Positions 8,625 to 17,916 of a stretch of 47,759 nt of DNA are shown here, in pieces; within the stretch, counting starts at the first letter, position 1, and each line of letters begins with the position of its first letter. The stretch comes from Parcubacteria group bacterium GW2011_GWA1_56_13 (GTDB lineage Bacteria; Patescibacteriota; Minisyncoccia; Phycocordibacterales; Phycocordibacteraceae). The stretch lies in the NCBI GenBank assembly GCA_001004905.1, contig LCRY01000004.1, positions 1 to 47,759 of the forward strand, in the 5' to 3' direction. A program made the position numbers and the translations under genes. The notes under the pieces were generated by a model. It saw only the letters and a program-made list of their open reading frames with translations. It had not been told where the DNA came from and did not search any database.

Positions 8625-10832
8625 ATGAGTCGCAGGAACGGGAATGGCGGCAGGCGGGGACGTTCGCGCGCCGAGCAGGTGGAGGAATATGATGCTCTTA
8701 TTCGCTATGCCTCCGCTATCGTGCTTGTGGCCGCGGGCATCTTGTTTCTTCTCTCCATGTTCGGCGCGGCAGGTCCCGTCGGGGCCGCGGTCTTCACCAT
8801 AAGCTACGGCATAGTCGGCATTGGGGCATTCCTTCTGCCGTTTGCCCTCATCGCCGTCGGCGTGTATGCGGGGTTGCGCCGGTCGGTCCTTGAACCGCTC
8901 ACGGCGTCCGGTCTCCTTCTTATTCTTGCTTCAGTACTTGCATTTGCCGGCCTTTTCCCCGGCACCCGCTTCGGCGGGCAGGCAGGGACGTTCTTCGGAG
9001 AGGCCCTTGCCGGATTTTTCGGCTTCTGGGGCGCGTTCGTGCTCCTTGGCGCACTCATCGCGGTCGGCATCGCTATCATGAGCGATATCGGGATGCTATG
9101 GACGCTTCTCCGGGAGAACGCAGTATTCCTCTGGCAGCGTCTGCGTTCGCGCGGTTCATATGGCGACGGATCCGACCTCGAGTTCACCGACGTTGTGGGA
9201 GTGCCTGAACCGGAAGACAGAGAATCCGAAGATGTCGGCATGTCCGACGAAGACCCGGTGGTAACCGTCTTTAATCGCGCAACGGACAAAACGGAGCTCC
9301 CCGGCGCACAGGCCTCCGGTATTGCGAACTTTGACGCCGAATATGAGGCGCCGCCGCTCTCCATTCTCGGCGCGGACCGCGGACGGCCGGGCGTGGGCGA
9401 TATTAAGGCAAATGCGAATATCATCAAGCGCACGTTCCAGAATTTCGGCATCGACCTTGAAATGGATGAGGTATCGGTCGGTCCGACGGTCACTCGCTAT
9501 GCGGTGAAACCCGCCGAGGGCGTCCGGCTCTCAAAGATAGTTTCGCTTGCGAACAATCTCGAACTGGCGCTTGCCGCGCATCCGGTGCGCATCGAGGCCC
9601 CGATCCCAGGGAAATCCCTCGTTGGCATCGAGGTGCCTAATACCGTCAAAGCAATGGTCGGCCTCGGCGGCCTGCTCGGTGCGCCTGAATGGAGCGGGAG
9701 TGACAAACCGCTCCTTGCCGCGCTCGGCCGGGATATCGCGGGAACGCCGCACTATGTGAACATCGCAAAGATGCCTCATGCGCTCGTCGCCGGTGCCACC
9801 GGTTCGGGGAAATCGGTCGCTATCCACGCACTCATCACTTCCCTTCTCTATCGGAACGGCCCGAACCAATTGCGCTTTATTATGATCGACCCGAAGCGTG
9901 TCGAACTCACCGCATACAACGGCATTCCCCACCTGCTCACCCCCGTTATCACCGATGCGAAGAAGACCATCTTTTCGCTCAAATGGGCGGCGAAGGAAAT
10001 GGAGCGGCGCTATAACATTCTTGAGGCGGAGCGTGTACGCGACATCGGGTCCTACCATGCGTCGGTCTACGAGCCGGCGAGAGCGAAACGTTCGTCCGAT
10101 ATGCCCGAGGCGCTTCCCTATATCATCATCGTCATCGACGAGCTCGCGGACATCATGCACGCGTATCCGCGCGAGCTCGAGGCCTCCATCGTCCGCCTCG
10201 CGCAGATGTCGCGTGCGGTCGGCATTCACCTTGTGCTCTCCACCCAGCGCCCGTCGGTCAACGTCATTACCGGCCTCATCAAGGCGAATGTGCCGACCCG
10301 CATGGCGCTCCAGGTCGCTTCGCAGATAGATTCCCGTACCATTCTCGACGGCTCGGGCGCGGAGACACTGCTTGGCGCAGGCGATATGCTCTACCTCTCA
10401 AGCGACATGCAAAAGCCGGTGCGCCTGCAGACCGCGTTCATCAGCGAGAATGAAGTGAAAAAAGTGGTGCACTATATCAAGAGCCACAATGCGGGAGATC
10501 TCTCGAACATCGACTTCGGTGGGAATGGAACGAACACGGAGGCGAATGATGTTATCGGGCTTGTGAATGGCGACCTTGATGATGAGGTCGATGATGCATT
10601 GTATGAAGACGCGCGCGCTGCGGTTGAGCAGGCCGGTCGCGCGTCTACTTCCTATTTGCAGCGAAAACTGAAAATCGGTTACTCGCGGGCGGCGCGGCTC
10701 ATGGATGTTCTTGAAGCGCAGGGTGTTATCGGTCCCGCCGACGGCAGCAAACCGCGCGAGGTGCTGAATCGGACCGCGCCTGCACTCACCGGCTCTGCGG
10801 GCGGTGCGGGCGAGGACGACAAGGCCGCATAA
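8625..10832 (+). CDS. ftsK: DNA translocase FtsK/SpoIIIE
   Basis: 735 aa. It has N-terminal TM helices, Walker A (GATGSGKS), Walker B (IIIVIDELADI) and a C-terminal gamma wHTH (STSYLQRKLKIGYSRAARLMDVLEAQGVIG). Confidence 0.95.
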   Translation: MSRRNGNGGRRGRSRAEQVEEYDALIRYASAIVLVAAGILFLLSMFGAAGPVGAAVFTISYGIVGIGAFLLPFALIAVGVYAGLRRSVLEPLTASGLLLILASVLAFAGLFPGTRFGGQAGTFFGEALAGFFGFWGAFVLLGALIAVGIAIMSDIGMLWTLLRENAVFLWQRLRSRGSYGDGSDLEFTDVVGVPEPEDRESEDVGMSDEDPVVTVFNRATDKTELPGAQASGIANFDAEYEAPPLSILGADRGRPGVGDIKANANIIKRTFQNFGIDLEMDEVSVGPTVTRYAVKPAEGVRLSKIVSLANNLELALAAHPVRIEAPIPGKSLVGIEVPNTVKAMVGLGGLLGAPEWSGSDKPLLAALGRDIAGTPHYVNIAKMPHALVAGATGSGKSVAIHALITSLLYRNGPNQLRFIMIDPKRVELTAYNGIPHLLTPVITDAKKTIFSLKWAAKEMERRYNILEAERVRDIGSYHASVYEPARAKRSSDMPEALPYIIIVIDELADIMHAYPRELEASIVRLAQMSRAVGIHLVLSTQRPSVNVITGLIKANVPTRMALQVASQIDSRTILDGSGAETLLGAGDMLYLSSDMQKPVRLQTAFISENEVKKVVHYIKSHNAGDLSNIDFGGNGTNTEANDVIGLVNGDLDDEVDDALYEDARAAVEQAGRASTSYLQRKLKIGYSRAARLMDVLEAQGVIGPADGSKPREVLNRTAPALTGSAGGAGEDDKAA

Positions 10833-10838
10833 GTCGGA

Positions 10839-11162
10839 ATGGTACGGTATCTTATCGGCGCGATCCTCGTCCTACTTGCCGGTTACGGGAGCATAGAGGC
10901 ATGGCCTCTTCTGTGGGGCCCTGCGCTGTCCATCGCTTCTCCGGCCGATAACGCCTCGTTCCCGGACGGTATTGTGGAAGTGAGCGGACGAGCCGCCCGC
11001 TCTGCCCTCCTCACGCTCAATGGTGCCTCTCTCTTGCATGACCAGAGCGGGACCTTCTCATCAACACTGACGTTTCCCCGCGGAGGCTCTATACTTACCT
11101 TTGCGGCCACCGACCGCTTCGGCAGGACGGTAACTGCAACGCGTACCGTTTTCGTACCTTAA
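10839..11162 (+). CDS. Hypothetical membrane-anchored small protein
   Basis: 107 aa. An N-terminal TM helix ([16 protein letters not shown]) is followed by a beta-rich domain. The gene is tightly packed between ftsK and recA. Confidence 0.55.
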   Translation: MVRYLIGAILVLLAGYGSIEAWPLLWGPALSIASPADNASFPDGIVEVSGRAARSALLTLNGASLLHDQSGTFSSTLTFPRGGSILTFAATDRFGRTVTATRTVFVP

Positions 11163-11173
11163 TCCACACAACC

Positions 11174-12223
11174 ATGGCATTTGGAAAACCAAAAAAAGAA
11201 AAAACGTTGAAGACGGTCACGGCCGCGATGGCGGATAAAAGCGAAAAACAGAAATCCATCGACCAAGCACTTCACGAGATCCGCACGAAATTCGGCGACG
11301 AGGCCATCACCACTTTCGGGGCGGGTGCGCCACAGAAAATTCCGGTCATCTCGACGGGCTCTATCGGGCTCGATGCGGCGCTCGGGGTGGGCGGCCTCCC
11401 TCGCGGGCGTATTATTGAAATATTCGGCCCCGAATCTTCCGGAAAGACGACGCTTGCGCTTCACGTCGTCGCTGAAGCGCAGAAGCAGGGCGGCATAGCA
11501 TCGTTCGTCGACGCCGAGCACGCTCTCGATCCCGAATACGCACGACGCATCGGCGTGAAGCTCCAGGAACTCCTTATCTCGCAGCCGGACACCGGCGAGC
11601 AGGCGCTTGATATCGTCGAGAGTCTGGTGCGGAGCGGCAATGTGGATATCATCGTCGTCGACTCGGTCGCGGCGCTCACGCCGAAAGACGAGATCGAAGG
11701 AGAAATGGGCCAGCAGCACGTTGGCAAGCAGGCGCGGCTCATGAGCCAGGCGCTCCGCAAACTTACCGCGATCGTGGCGCGCTCCAAGACCATCGTCATT
11801 TTCATTAACCAGATCCGCATGCAGATCGGCGTCATGTTCGGGAACCCGGAGACGACGCCGGGAGGCAAGGCGCTTAAATTCTATACTTCGGTCCGCCTGG
11901 ATATTCGGCGTATCGCGAGCATCAAAAAGGGAGAGGAGGTGGTGGGCGGCCGTGTGCGGGTGAAAGTAGTGAAGAATAAGGTCGCCGCGCCCTTCAAGAC
12001 CACTGAATTCGACCTCCTCTATAACGAAGGCATCAGCCGCGAAGGAGAACTTATCGCGCTTGGTGAGAAGTACGCGCTCATTACAAAATCGGGCGCATCG
12101 TATGCCTTCGGCAAGACCTCGCTCGGCCGCGGATACGATGCCGCACGCACCTTCCTGCATGACAGCAAGGACGTCTCGAAGGAGCTTCTCGCGGAGATAC
12201 GGGCGAAACTCGCCGAGAGCTAA
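11174..12223 (+). CDS. recA: Recombinase RecA
   Basis: 349 aa. It has Walker A (GPESSGKTT) and the conserved blocks [10 protein letters not shown] and [10 protein letters not shown]. Confidence 0.97.
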   Translation: MAFGKPKKEKTLKTVTAAMADKSEKQKSIDQALHEIRTKFGDEAITTFGAGAPQKIPVISTGSIGLDAALGVGGLPRGRIIEIFGPESSGKTTLALHVVAEAQKQGGIASFVDAEHALDPEYARRIGVKLQELLISQPDTGEQALDIVESLVRSGNVDIIVVDSVAALTPKDEIEGEMGQQHVGKQARLMSQALRKLTAIVARSKTIVIFINQIRMQIGVMFGNPETTPGGKALKFYTSVRLDIRRIASIKKGEEVVGGRVRVKVVKNKVAAPFKTTEFDLLYNEGISREGELIALGEKYALITKSGASYAFGKTSLGRGYDAARTFLHDSKDVSKELLAEIRAKLAES

Positions 12224-12564
12224 ACGCGCTCTGCGGCGGAGACGAAGGCAATTGCGCGGACTATCTCGCGCGCAACGTAGGCAAGTGCGGCAAGCGCGAG
12301 CACCACGAGGGCCTGCACGGGGAGGCGCGTGTGCAGGAATGCCGCGATGTAGAACCGAAGGATGTCGATGGGGTGTGCCGGGGCGTTCTGCAGGACCTGC
12401 GCGACCCACACTTCTCTTCCGATACCCCAGAGCGCGAGGATGAACACGAGGGTAGAAAAAACGCCGCTTGAAATGGCGAACCGGAGCGCGCGAATAAGAT
12501 GCACGCGCTGCATCACGATGCGCTCGATGTTTGACCGGTCATTATTCATAGTGCTGTTCATCAT
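12220..12564 (-). CDS. Membrane protein downstream of the ECF sigma gene (candidate anti-sigma or partner protein)
   Basis: 114 aa with 2-3 TM helices. The internal ATG at 12549 overlaps the sigma stop codon (tATGAATAA), which suggests translational coupling. No recognisable zinc anti-sigma motif was seen. Confidence 0.5.
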   Translation of the reverse strand: MMNSTMNNDRSNIERIVMQRVHLIRALRFAISSGVFSTLVFILALWGIGREVWVAQVLQNAPAHPIDILRFYIAAFLHTRLPVQALVVLALAALAYVAREIVRAIAFVSAAERV

Positions 12565-13135
12565 ACGCTCGTTTGAAGAGCTTCTTGGCGCGGTGGACGC
12601 GCGTTTTCACGGCGGGGATGGAGAGATCTTCCTTTTCCGCGATCTCTTCCTGGCTCTTTCCCTCGACGAACTGGAGCCGGAGGATGCGGGCGGCGGATTC
12701 CGGCAGCTTCGCGAGCGCAGTGATGACCTCGTTGCGTACCGAAAGGTCTTCGAGGAATTCCGCACTCGCGTCCGGCAATGACTCGTAGTGCTCCGGTTCG
12801 AGTTCCGCCCGCCGCCCGCTCTCCTTACGTCGCGCGACATACTTGGTGTACGCAACGCGGTTGAGGATGGTGTACGCCCAAGATGAGAAGGTTGCCCCTT
12901 CCTGGGCGTGATATCTATCCGCATACAGGTACATCTTCGTGAACGCGTCCTGCACGGCCTCCTCCGCGTCTTCGGGGCTTTTCAATATCGCGCGCGCCCT
13001 CCGCAGAAGAGCGGCTTCGTACCGGCGGACGAGGATCGCGAAAAGATCGGGCTCCTTCTGCGAGCGCGCGAGCACCTCGGCGTCCGTCAGCTGGCTTAGT
13101 TCGGCAGTTGAAAAACCCATTGCATCTGCTAGCAT
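12542..13135 (-). CDS. RNA polymerase sigma factor, ECF (group 4) type
   Basis: 197 aa. Region 2 reads EDAEEAVQDAFTKMY...FSSWAYTILNRVAY. The region 4 HTH reads RILRLQFVEGKSQEEIAEKEDLSIPAVKTRVHRAKK. Confidence 0.9.
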   Translation of the reverse strand: MLADAMGFSTAELSQLTDAEVLARSQKEPDLFAILVRRYEAALLRRARAILKSPEDAEEAVQDAFTKMYLYADRYHAQEGATFSSWAYTILNRVAYTKYVARRKESGRRAELEPEHYESLPDASAEFLEDLSVRNEVITALAKLPESAARILRLQFVEGKSQEEIAEKEDLSIPAVKTRVHRAKKLFKRAYDEQHYE

Positions 13136-13230
13136 ACCCCGTGAGATAGTAAGTTGCGAGTTTTACGAAACTCTAGATGAAGCATCTCGTTAGTTGTTAG
13201 CGCGCTCCCCGTGGCGTTATCTCACGGGGT
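13136..13230. promoter_or_regulatory. 13-bp perfect inverted repeat in the sigma/efp divergent intergenic region
   Basis: accccgtgagata (13136-13148) abuts the sigma start codon. tatctcacggggt (13218-13230) lies 69 nt away. The same arms occur upstream of rplJ (5013-5047). Confidence 0.6.
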
Positions 13231-13240
13231 ACTTTTTATA

Positions 13241-13265
13241 ACGACTTTTACCCTTCATTAGTTTC
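13241..13265 (-). promoter_or_regulatory. Candidate ECF-type promoter for the sigma gene (possible autoregulation)
   Basis: The minus strand reads TTGAAAC (-35; GAAAC at 13265-13261), a 17-nt spacer and CGTTAT (-10; CGT at 13243-13241). Confidence 0.3.
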
Positions 13266-13271
13266 AAAGCC

Positions 13272-13847
13272 ATGGCCGTACTCTCATACAACGAAATCCT
13301 CCAAAAAACTATCATTGACTACAACAATGAGCCCTACGAGGTGCTTTCCTCGCACATCTTCCGCATGCAGATGAGAAAGCCCGTGAACCAGACGAAGCTA
13401 CGCCACCTTGTTTCCGGCAAGGTCATCGAGATATCGTTCCACCAGAATGAGACGGTGACCGAGGCCGATGTGGAAACGATGCAGGCGCTCTATCTCTATA
13501 CCAACAAGGGCCAGAGCTGGTTCGCCGAGGAAGGAAACCTCAAAAACCGCTTCGCGTTCCCCGAGGAAGCGGTGCACGACAAGGTGCAGTGGCTCATGCC
13601 TAATTCGGTCGTTGACGTTCTCACCTACGAGGAGACGCCCATGACGATAAAGATACCGGTGAAAGTAGACCTTCCCGTAAAAGATGCCCCGCCGGCGGTC
13701 AAAGGCAATACGGTCTCGGGCGGCACGAAACTCGTGGAGCTTGCGACTGGTGCGACCGTTGACGTTCCTCTCTTCATCAACCCGGGCGACATTATCCGTA
13801 TCAACACCGATACCGGCCTTTATACCGAACGCGTCGAGAAAGCGTGA
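13272..13847 (+). CDS. efp: Elongation factor P
   Basis: 191 aa. It aligns without gaps to the E. coli EF-P N-terminus (NNEPYEVLSSHIF...TKLRHLVSG). The C-terminal OB domains end VDVPLFINPGDIIRINTDTGLYTERV. Confidence 0.9.
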   Translation: MAVLSYNEILQKTIIDYNNEPYEVLSSHIFRMQMRKPVNQTKLRHLVSGKVIEISFHQNETVTEADVETMQALYLYTNKGQSWFAEEGNLKNRFAFPEEAVHDKVQWLMPNSVVDVLTYEETPMTIKIPVKVDLPVKDAPPAVKGNTVSGGTKLVELATGATVDVPLFINPGDIIRINTDTGLYTERVEKA

Positions 13848-13955
13848 CGAAAAAAGTCGCCCTCGGACGGCTTTTTTCATTCTTCCGGCGCTCCGGTTAA
13901 GCGGGAACGTACGGCTCAAAACCTTTTTCGAGCGATTTTGCCCGATTGCTTCCTC

Positions 13956-14162
13956 TTAGGGAGAAACGTAGGGGAGGAGCGCCATGTAGCGGGCGCGCTT
14001 GATTGCCTGCATGATGTCGCGTTGCTTGTTCGCTGGAACGCCCGTGCGCTTCTTGGAGAGCATCTTCGCGTGCGGATTGGTGAACATCTTCAAGTATGCG
14101 ACATCCTTATAGTCGATGAATTTCTTGAGCTCTATTTCTTCGCGTTCAGCTTGGTACGCCAT
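13956..14162 (-). CDS. rpsR: 30S ribosomal protein S18
   Basis: 68 aa with IDYKDVAYLKMF...KRTGVPANKQRDIMQAIKRARYMALLPY. Confidence 0.93.
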   Translation of the reverse strand: MAYQAEREEIELKKFIDYKDVAYLKMFTNPHAKMLSKKRTGVPANKQRDIMQAIKRARYMALLPYVSP

Positions 14163-14173
14163 AATGGGAAATA

Positions 14174-14620
14174 TTAAAACGGAATGTCTTCCGGATTTAT
14201 CTCTTCATCCGGATATTTAATGACCTCGTCACCTTTCGGTGCGGGCTGCTCCTCATTCTTGGTCGTAGCTCCCGAGCCACGCGAGGGACCGCCGTCGGCG
14301 CCGAATTGGAAGTTGTCCACGACAATCTCTGTGCGGTAATTCTTCTTGCCGCTCTCTTTATCGTCCCAGCTTCTCGTCTGGATACGTCCCTCGACGAACA
14401 TGGGGCGTCCTTTCTTCATATATTGCGCTATCACTTCCGCGGTGCGACCGAACGAAACGATATTGTGGAATTCGGTCGCCTCCTGCTTCGCGCCGCTCTT
14501 ATCCTTATAGGTGCGGTTCGTTGCGAGGCCGAAATTCACCACCTGCCCCCCCGAAGGGAGCGCCTTCAGCTCCGGGTCGCGGGTGAGATTGCCGTATAGG
14601 AATACTTTGTTGAGGTACAT
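14174..14620 (-). CDS. ssb: Single-stranded DNA-binding protein
   Basis: OB fold (MYLNKVFLYGNLTRDPELKALPSGGQVVNFGLATNR...FHNIVSFGRTAE) with an acidic C-terminal tip DIPF. I chose the start at M19 (14620), 7 nt after the rpsF stop. Confidence 0.92.
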   Translation of the reverse strand: MYLNKVFLYGNLTRDPELKALPSGGQVVNFGLATNRTYKDKSGAKQEATEFHNIVSFGRTAEVIAQYMKKGRPMFVEGRIQTRSWDDKESGKKNYRTEIVVDNFQFGADGGPSRGSGATTKNEEQPAPKGDEVIKYPDEEINPEDIPF

Positions 14621-14627
14621 AGCGTGA

Positions 14628-15116
14628 TTATACAACGACGTTCTCAAGCGCCGCGTCAAGTTCGGCGCCAGCAACCGCTTCCGGGTCCTCTGCGCGCTCC
14701 GGGACTTTCAAGGAAAGTTCGCGCATCTCGACGGCATGACGGGCGGCATCCTTGGTCGTAAGAAGGTCGATGAAGCGAATAATGTGCGCGTCGGCATGCG
14801 CGCTGGCGACTACCTCTGCGTGCTTTTCCGCGGATGTCTCGTACACGATCCACGAAAAATACGCTGAATCGAAGTCACGCCGGCCCGAGGTTTCCGAGCG
14901 AGAAATAGTGTAGGCGAGCTGTATTTTCTGCGGTTCGCCTTCGGCAACGATCGTTCCCTTGTCTCCGATGAGCTCGCGCACGCTTTGGTACGCCTTTTTC
15001 ACCTCCTCGGTGGGAAGTTCGGGGTCGAGGTGGAAGCCAAGTTCATAGACGCGCGGTCCGGAACCGTCCTCCTGAAGCGCTGCGTCGGCGCCTGTGTCAA
15101 TATCCTGCTTCGCCAT
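14628..15116 (-). CDS. rpsF: 30S ribosomal protein S6, with N- and C-terminal extensions
   Basis: 162 aa. The core reads RVYELGFHLDPELPTEEVKKAYQSVRELIGDKGTIVAEGEPQKIQLAYTI. It sits in the canonical rpsF-ssb-rpsR order. Confidence 0.8.
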   Translation of the reverse strand: MAKQDIDTGADAALQEDGSGPRVYELGFHLDPELPTEEVKKAYQSVRELIGDKGTIVAEGEPQKIQLAYTISRSETSGRRDFDSAYFSWIVYETSAEKHAEVVASAHADAHIIRFIDLLTTKDAARHAVEMRELSLKVPERAEDPEAVAGAELDAALENVVV

Positions 15117-15176
15117 GATGGCGGAATCGTATCACGAGTGCATTAACAGGGCAAACCCCGCAGGAAACCACGTTTC

Positions 15177-16022
15177 CTACGAGGCAGGTAGTCCAAAAAG
15201 TTTCTGGGCGTTAGCAAGGAGCGCCTCACGAATGGCCCCGGGGTCTTCGCCGCGAATTTCGGCGATCTGATTTACGACATCTATGGCCGCAAGCGGGTCA
15301 TTGCGCTTTCCGCGGCGGCTCGTGGGCGCGACATATGGAGCGTCGGTCTCCGAAAGTATGCTTGCGAGCGGAACCGCACGAATGACCGTGTCGTAGTCGC
15401 GAGCGAAAGTGATGACCGCCGTAAAAGAGAGCGTGAAGCCCAGGGCAATGAGCTCTTGCGCTTCGGGTATGCCGCCGACGAAGAAATGGATGTCGCCGCG
15501 CAAAAGAGGATACTTCGTTTTCGCGCTTTTCAGTATCATAATGAGATCATTGTATGCATCCTGCGTACCCGCGCTGGGACGTGAATGGATGATGAGCGGT
15601 TTATCAACTTCTGCCGCAAGCTCGATCTGCGCGCGCAGCACTTCTCTTTGCACGCGTTTCACCTCATCGGTCGCTTCGGCGGACGTAACATAAGCAGACC
15701 CTTCCGTATTTGTTCGCTGCGCTCGGTAGTAGTCGAGCCCGCACTCCCCTATCGCGACGACTTTCGTGTTCGCGGCCAGCGCGCGGTAGTGTGACACATC
15801 GTACCGCTCCTTGTCCGCTCGGTTCGGGTGGAGCCCGATAGAGGCAAAGAGATGTTCGTGCGCTTCGGCGAGCGCGACCGCCTTCTTCGAGGATTCAAAA
15901 TCAACGCCGACGACGATGCCGACAACTCCCTCCGTTCGCATCCGCTCGATAAGCTCGGCATCGTCTTTTGCATACTGCTCGAATTGGATATGGCAGTGCG
16001 CATCAATATATTTGACCTGCAT
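15177..16022 (-). CDS. TatD-family metal-dependent hydrolase (DNase)
   Basis: 281 aa with IDAHCHIQ at the N-terminus and IGECGLDYY, typical of TatD/YcfH. Confidence 0.88.
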   Translation of the reverse strand: MQVKYIDAHCHIQFEQYAKDDAELIERMRTEGVVGIVVGVDFESSKKAVALAEAHEHLFASIGLHPNRADKERYDVSHYRALAANTKVVAIGECGLDYYRAQRTNTEGSAYVTSAEATDEVKRVQREVLRAQIELAAEVDKPLIIHSRPSAGTQDAYNDLIMILKSAKTKYPLLRGDIHFFVGGIPEAQELIALGFTLSFTAVITFARDYDTVIRAVPLASILSETDAPYVAPTSRRGKRNDPLAAIDVVNQIAEIRGEDPGAIREALLANAQKLFGLPAS

Positions 16023-16081
16023 GGACGGAGCGTAGCATATAAATAGTTCGGGCGACCCGATTTCTCGAGCCGCCCGTGAGG

Positions 16082-16393
16082 TTAATTCACATCCCGTCTT
16101 GCTCCCCCATCCCTATCGAGAGAGTTGAGGAGCCGGAGAGCTCCGGCGATCGGGTCCCCGGACCGTCTGCCGCGCCAGACAAGCATGGCGGCGAGAGCCG
16201 CGAGCGACAGGCCGATGAGCGCCACCGGAATGAGCGGCGGGCCGAAACCGACACCGCACATGACAGAAAGCACGGCCGCATACAGTGACAACGCGATGGC
16301 AACGCCAACGCTGTCTATGACGATCACCATCGCGGCCACAAGAACACAAACTGCCGCGATTCCCGCAATGACCAGCGCGATACCGCTACTCAT
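16082..16393 (-). CDS. Small hydrophobic membrane protein
   Basis: The ATG at 16393 is preceded by GGGGGAGctagt, a good Shine-Dalgarno sequence. The product has three hydrophobic helices. The longer track ORF (to 16465) has no ribosome-binding site. Confidence 0.5.
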   Translation of the reverse strand: MSSGIALVIAGIAAVCVLVAAMVIVIDSVGVAIALSLYAAVLSVMCGVGFGPPLIPVALIGLSLAALAAMLVWRGRRSGDPIAGALRLLNSLDRDGGARRDVN

Positions 16394-16469
16394 ACTAGCT
16401 CCCCCGAAGAACGCGGCTTGCACGGGTGTGCAAGCTCCGGAGGTATTATGAACTATAACAGACAATTTG

Positions 16470-17909
16470 TCAAAGGCGCGGGAAGAGATTTTCGGGTTTT
16501 TTGTGGGTCAAGACCGCTTCTTTAATCTGTGCACTTGTTGACGGCATGAACGGTTCAAGGTCAATGGCAATTGCATTCAACTCCCGTACCAATTTTTTAA
16601 TAAGCAGTAATGCTTCATTACGAACACTTTCCTCGCCGGACTTAATTCCCGCAAAAGGCCTCTTAATTGCTATCAATGCATCATCATGTCCGACGCGCTC
16701 CCAAATGCTGTCCATTGCGCGATTAAACTCAAACCTCTCAATGTACGCGGTAACTGAAACATCGGACTGAGTTTCTTTGGTCATTTCTACGGGACCTTGA
16801 AGATGTGTAGTGGCCATTTGCATAACGCGCGCGACGAGATTACCGAGGCCGTTGGTGAGGTGGGCGGTGTAGTGGTCGTGGATGGCCTCAAGCGTGAGGT
16901 CCGAGTCCTCAACGGGACTTACGTGTCGCAGAAGTATGTACCGCGTCGCGTCCGTTCCGTATTTCGCGACGAGGTCGTAGGGGCTGATGACGTTCCCCAG
17001 GCTCTTGCTCATCTTCTGACGGCCGGAGTTGATGAAGCCGTGGTAGAACACCCGGTCAGTCGTTTTGATGCCGGCTGACATGAGCATGGCCTGCCACATG
17101 AGCGACTGGAAGCGCACTTGGTCCTTCCCCGCCACCTGGAGCGTCACGCCGTCTGCCCAGAACTTTTGGAACTTCCTTTCCGCGTCGGAGGGCCAGCCGA
17201 GCGTGGAAATGTAGCCCGTGAGCGCATCGAACCACACGTACATCACTTGTGTGTCGTCGCCCGGCACCGGTATGCCCCAGGGCAGCCGCGCCTTCTCGCG
17301 CGAGACGCTGAAATCCTCGAGTCCTCCTTGCACGAACGCTATCGCCTCTTCGCGCCGCCACTCGGGTATGACGACATCGGGGCGGGACAGGTAGTCGAGG
17401 AGTCGTTTCTCGTATTTTTTGAACTTAAAAAAATAGTTCTCTTCGGATATCTCCTGAAGCGGCAGATTCGTGTGGATGACGCAGTGGCCGTCCGCTGTTT
17501 CCTTCTCGGTCTTGAACGACTCGCACCCGACGCAATACATTCCGGTGAACGTCCTCTTCTCGATGTCCTGGTTTTCGAAACAGCGCTTCCACATTTCCTG
17601 CGCCGCCTCTCTGTGGCCGGGGCTCGTGGTGCGAATGAATGCGTCATTGCTCAAATCGAGCGCGTCTTTCAGTTTCTTGAATTCCTCGGCGTAGCGGTCC
17701 GAATAGACCTGCGGCCCTTCTCCCGCTTTTTGCGCCGCTTCATATATCTTCTGTCCATGCTCGTCCGTGCCCATTGAGAAAAAGACGTCTTCTCCGCGTG
17801 CCCGCCATATCCGCGCAAGCACGTCCGCCTGCACGACCTCAAGCGCAAACCCTATGTGCGGGTCCGCGTTCACATACGGCAGTGTGGTAGTGAGATAGCG
17901 CGCACTCAT
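16470..17909 (-). CDS. metG: Methionyl-tRNA synthetase, core only with no C-terminal tRNA-binding domain
   Basis: HIGH-type motif (ADPHIGF), KMSKS (KMSKSLGN) and a Cys knuckle (CVGCESF...CVIH). The start at M15 (17909) avoids a 35-nt overlap with the upstream gene. Confidence 0.93.
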   Translation of the reverse strand: MSARYLTTTLPYVNADPHIGFALEVVQADVLARIWRARGEDVFFSMGTDEHGQKIYEAAQKAGEGPQVYSDRYAEEFKKLKDALDLSNDAFIRTTSPGHREAAQEMWKRCFENQDIEKRTFTGMYCVGCESFKTEKETADGHCVIHTNLPLQEISEENYFFKFKKYEKRLLDYLSRPDVVIPEWRREEAIAFVQGGLEDFSVSREKARLPWGIPVPGDDTQVMYVWFDALTGYISTLGWPSDAERKFQKFWADGVTLQVAGKDQVRFQSLMWQAMLMSAGIKTTDRVFYHGFINSGRQKMSKSLGNVISPYDLVAKYGTDATRYILLRHVSPVEDSDLTLEAIHDHYTAHLTNGLGNLVARVMQMATTHLQGPVEMTKETQSDVSVTAYIERFEFNRAMDSIWERVGHDDALIAIKRPFAGIKSGEESVRNEALLLIKKLVRELNAIAIDLEPFMPSTSAQIKEAVLTHKKPENLFPRL

Positions 17910-17916
17910 ATGCGGA

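Noticed and set aside
11159-12409. 416-aa minus-strand ORF
   Set aside because: It is antisense to the unambiguous recA gene. It is Arg/Ala/Pro-rich, as expected for a GC-rich shadow frame.
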